A DNA stretch of 63,848 nt from Solirubrobacterales bacterium. GTDB taxonomy: Bacteria > Actinomycetota > Thermoleophilia > Solirubrobacterales > JACPNS01. The stretch spans positions 1 to 63,848 of the forward strand of contig JBASTN010000041.1 of assembly GCA_049274915.1 (NCBI GenBank). Reading direction: 5' to 3'. The notes below the pieces were generated by a model. The model was not told the origin of the DNA, ran no database searches, and saw only the letters and a list, made by a program, of their open reading frames with translations. Positions 61,578-63,848 of this stretch are shown piece by piece (position 1 is the stretch's first letter; every line of letters starts with the position of its first letter). The position numbers and the translations under genes are program-made.

Positions 61578-62326
61578 GCTGCGCGACGGGGCGGGGCTGC
61601 GAGCGCGATCTCGTAGTAGCCGATGCCGCTGCGCGGACCTAGCGACCAGCGGTAAAACGCCAGAGCCACGTCGCGATCGGTCAGCTCCACGTGCGTACCT
61701 TCAATCGCCTCGCCGGTCAGCCGACGCGGAAACTCATCGTTGCTCAGCCACAGCTCGACGCTGGCCTGCTTGTGTAGATCGTCCTTGGAGTAAACAGTGG
61801 TTAGGCGGGCGTCGTCGATCTTGTACGACTCTCCGCCTTCGATCAGCACCGCGTCGTTGCGTTCATCGCCATGCCCGTGGTAGACGGCCGGCTTGTACGA
61901 GTTCATAAAGAATGCTTCGCCCGAGTCGAAGACCGCCGCGATCGAGCGCAATACAGGCGGACCTTGTTTGCGCGACGGCAGGGCTGCGACACCGTGTGAC
62001 CTAAAACGACGCTCGCGCTTGCCGTTCTCGGCGATCTTTCCCATCACGTCGCAGATCATCATGTCGTTGGCGTCGAGCGCAGCACCTGCGCCGTGGCTAC
62101 GCCAGTCGAGCTCGAAGGATCCCGCCATCGAGGTCATCTGCGCCGACCAGTGAGTGGGGGAGAGCGTTGTCAGCTGCTGCGAGTCGCTCACTGAGTACCC
62201 GAGGGTCCCATCGGCAGAGAACATCACTGAAACCTGTGGCCCGGCGAGCCCGAAAACGGACCGCTCCGCATCAAAGAATGCGAGTGTCTCAGCCTCAACT
62301 ACAGGTACAGACTGGATAGGTGGCAT
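61574..62326 (-). CDS. Hypothetical protein (250 aa)
   Basis: It is translationally coupled within the fxsA-hyp-HAD operon. No motif is recognised. Confidence 0.6.
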   Translation of the reverse strand: MPPIQSVPVVEAETLAFFDAERSVFGLAGPQVSVMFSADGTLGYSVSDSQQLTTLSPTHWSAQMTSMAGSFELDWRSHGAGAALDANDMMICDVMGKIAENGKRERRFRSHGVAALPSRKQGPPVLRSIAAVFDSGEAFFMNSYKPAVYHGHGDERNDAVLIEGGESYKIDDARLTTVYSKDDLHKQASVELWLSNDEFPRRLTGEAIEGTHVELTDRDVALAFYRWSLGPRSGIGYYEIALAAPPRRAA

Positions 62327-62331
62327 GCGGT

Positions 62332-62886
62332 TTATCGGTTGGTCTCGAAGTCGAAATCGGGTTCGTCGCCGGGGGCGAGCTCTGCTGCGCCTTTCGAACC
62401 GTTTGAATCCGTCCTAGCCCGTCCTTCGGACTGGCGGTCGGATCGTGGCGGCTGGGTTGAGCGCGCGAAGTCTTGCAGACCGGTATCGGCAAACGCCGCG
62501 ACGAGCCTGACTCGCCGGGCAAGGAAGCCAAAAACCCAACCACCGAGCAGCTTTCGGGTCGGCGGCAGGAGCATCGCGACGCCCAGCGCGTCCGACAGAA
62601 ACCCGGGGGTCAACAACAAGACGCCGCCAACGATCACCAACCCTCCGTCAACGATCTCCCGCGCCGGCATACGACCGGCTTCCAATGCCTCGGAAAACTG
62701 CCGCCAGACGCTCCGTCCCTGGGTGCGCATAAGCCACGCTCCCAGCAGCGAATCGGCCACCAACAACCCGACTGTCAGTGCGGCACCGGTCGCGCCTCCA
62801 CCGAAGAACTCCGCCACTTGCAAGATCAGCCAGAGTTCGAACACCGGGATGACCACGAAGAAGATGAAGAGCAGCAGCAGCGGCAC
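62332..62886 (-). CDS. fxsA: FxsA-family cytoplasmic membrane protein
   Basis: MPLLLLFIFFVVIPVFELWLILQVAEFFGG... and LLLTPGFLSD are characteristic FxsA segments. Confidence 0.75.
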   Translation of the reverse strand: MPLLLLFIFFVVIPVFELWLILQVAEFFGGGATGAALTVGLLVADSLLGAWLMRTQGRSVWRQFSEALEAGRMPAREIVDGGLVIVGGVLLLTPGFLSDALGVAMLLPPTRKLLGGWVFGFLARRVRLVAAFADTGLQDFARSTQPPRSDRQSEGRARTDSNGSKGAAELAPGDEPDFDFETNR

Positions 62887-62923
62887 GGCGTCACTCTAAA
62901 CCCTCGCCGCCTACAATCAAGCC

Positions 62924-63244
62924 ATGGAGAAGCTGACACCAGAGGTCGTCTACGAAGCGCTCGAACAGGTCATAGACCCCGAGCTTGGCCTCGACTTCGT
63001 TGAATTGGGCCTGATCTACGACGTATCGGTCGAGCCGATCGAAGAGGGCCACGGCAACGAGGTCTACGTCACCTACTCGCTAACTTCTCCGGGCTGCCCA
63101 ATCGGCCCCCAGATCGCCGACCAGATCAAAGAGTTCACGATCGAACTCGACGGCGTCGAGAAAGTCTTCCCGAAGCTCGTGTTCACCCCACCGTGGACCC
63201 CAGAGTTGATGAGCGAAGACGCGAAGTTCGCGCTGGGCTATTAG
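62924..63244 (+). CDS. DUF59/MIP18-family Fe-S cluster assembly protein (SufT/PaaD-like)
   Basis: VYEALEQVIDPELGLDFVELGLIYDV and TLTSPGCPIG-type motif (SLTSPGCPIGPQ). Confidence 0.8.
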   Translation: MEKLTPEVVYEALEQVIDPELGLDFVELGLIYDVSVEPIEEGHGNEVYVTYSLTSPGCPIGPQIADQIKEFTIELDGVEKVFPKLVFTPPWTPELMSEDAKFALGY

Positions 63245-63253
63245 CCTCATCTC

Positions 63254-63277
63254 ACCGGCCCACCGGTTGGCCTTTTT
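63254..63277 (+). terminator. Possible intrinsic terminator after the DUF59 gene
   Basis: ACCGG-ccca-CCGGT, then tggcc and TTTTTCTCTTCTC. Confidence 0.3.
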
Positions 63278-63368
63278 CTCTTCTCTACTCGCCGCAGCTA
63301 CTCGCAGGTAGCCGTGACGTTTCCACGGGTCGTTCGGCAACCGTGGCAACCGTGTGACGAATCTTTAC

Positions 63369-63397
63369 TTGACGGATGACCGAAGATCGGCTACTCT
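63369..63397 (+). promoter_or_regulatory. Candidate promoter TTGACG-17 nt-TACTCT preceding a roughly 150-nt leader
   Basis: Hexamers at 63369-63374 and 63392-63397, about 160 nt upstream of ATG 63558. Confidence 0.3.
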
Positions 63398-63557
63398 CGC
63401 TGGGTCGGCCACGGATTTGGCCGGATTGTGGGGACTGGCGCGAGAAGCAGTGCAGTAACCGGCTATCGCGGTCAGTCAGTAGTTAGGTAATCATAAGTTA
63501 ATGGTTGACATCCGCGGGCAACCGCCCGGCGGATTCAATAATTGGGGGGCATTAAAG

Positions 63558-63848
63558 ATGGTTAGTTCTCGTTCTGCGCGGTCATTCAGTCCCGCGCGAA
63601 GTCAAGCTTTTGCCAGCGCGGCCGTTCGCCTGTCGCTGGCGCTGGTTGTAACACTCTTTACCGTGGCCGCCTTCGCGGGCAGCGCGTCGGCCAGCCACTG
63701 GTTTGGCGGCGGCAGCAGCACCGCCTTCGACGTCCCGACCTTCTCGGTCGTTCCGTCTACCACTCAGGCCGGCGCGCACCCGAACGTCGCGATCACGATC
63801 AAGCCCAAGGGTCCCAGCAGTGACGACGTCAAGGACTTGATCCTCGAC
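63558..63848 (+). CDS. 5' part of a secreted protein (runs off the window)
   Basis: ATG 63558 follows GGGGGG by 7 nt. The signal peptide is MVSSRSARSF...LALVVTLFTVAAFAGSASA. The frame stays open to the window end. It is not in the ORF track because no stop lies in the window. Confidence 0.55.
   Translation, partial: MVSSRSARSFSPARSQAFASAAVRLSLALVVTLFTVAAFAGSASASHWFGGGSSTAFDVPTFSVVPSTTQAGAHPNVAITIKPKGPSSDDVKDLILD

Overview
This is 63.8 kb of a high-GC, Actinomycetota-like chromosomal core. The gene orders radA-disA-carD-ispD-ispF-gltX-cysS-rlmB and lysA-hom-thrC-thrB are the classic Gram-positive/actinobacterial arrangements. I see no rRNA, CRISPR array, transposase, integrase or phage genes. 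The content runs as follows. (1) 0.3-11.5 kb holds a cell-envelope glycan cluster in two convergent operons: a beta-helix protein, an O-acetyltransferase, three GT2 enzymes (one with two GT2 domains), a Wzx-like flippase, a large polytopic GT-C-like protein, a NodB deacetylase and a polyprenyl-phosphate-sugar synthase. (2) 12-25 kb holds radA, a PPOX-like gene, disA, carD, ispD, an inserted receiver/histidine-kinase/PHP-phosphatase block, ispF, a shortened gltX, cysS, rlmB, a SigH(Spo0H)-like sigma factor and tRNA-Thr(UGU). (3) 25-34 kb holds a PlsC-GpsA fusion, an ECF sigma/anti-sigma/rhomboid group, a signal-less BtuF-like binding protein, a pterin dehydratase, a CNNM/CorC transporter, hbd and a thiolase. 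(4) 34-37.5 kb holds three tandem HD-GYP genes, the first with degenerate catalytic motifs. (5) 37.8-43.8 kb holds a CWB2-type lipoprotein, an acyl-CoA dehydrogenase, a ferredoxin, a c-di-AMP (ydaO-class) riboswitch leading a small membrane ORF plus an M23 peptidase, and lgt. (6) 43.8-47.7 kb holds a Zur-controlled znu operon in which one permease is fused in frame to the ZnuA-like lipoprotein. (7) 47.7-57.2 kb holds lysA-hom-thrC-thrB and gltB. (8) 57.3-63.8 kb holds an FHA protein, an SRPBCC protein, a lipoprotein, a MarP-like CvpA-trypsin protease, hypotheticals, a HAD hydrolase, fxsA, a DUF59/SufT gene and a partial secreted protein. The most unusual observations are the permease-lipoprotein fusion with a buried lipobox, a GluRS missing its acceptor-binding subdomain, the degenerate-plus-active HD-GYP trio, and the PlsC-GpsA fusion that keeps an internal SD+ATG. 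A further pattern is that many short tandem repeats (10-35 bp, 2-5 copies) sit exactly on start or stop codons or in short intergenic gaps. All calls rest on reading the translations and DNA by eye. No searches were run, and start codons are often uncertain.
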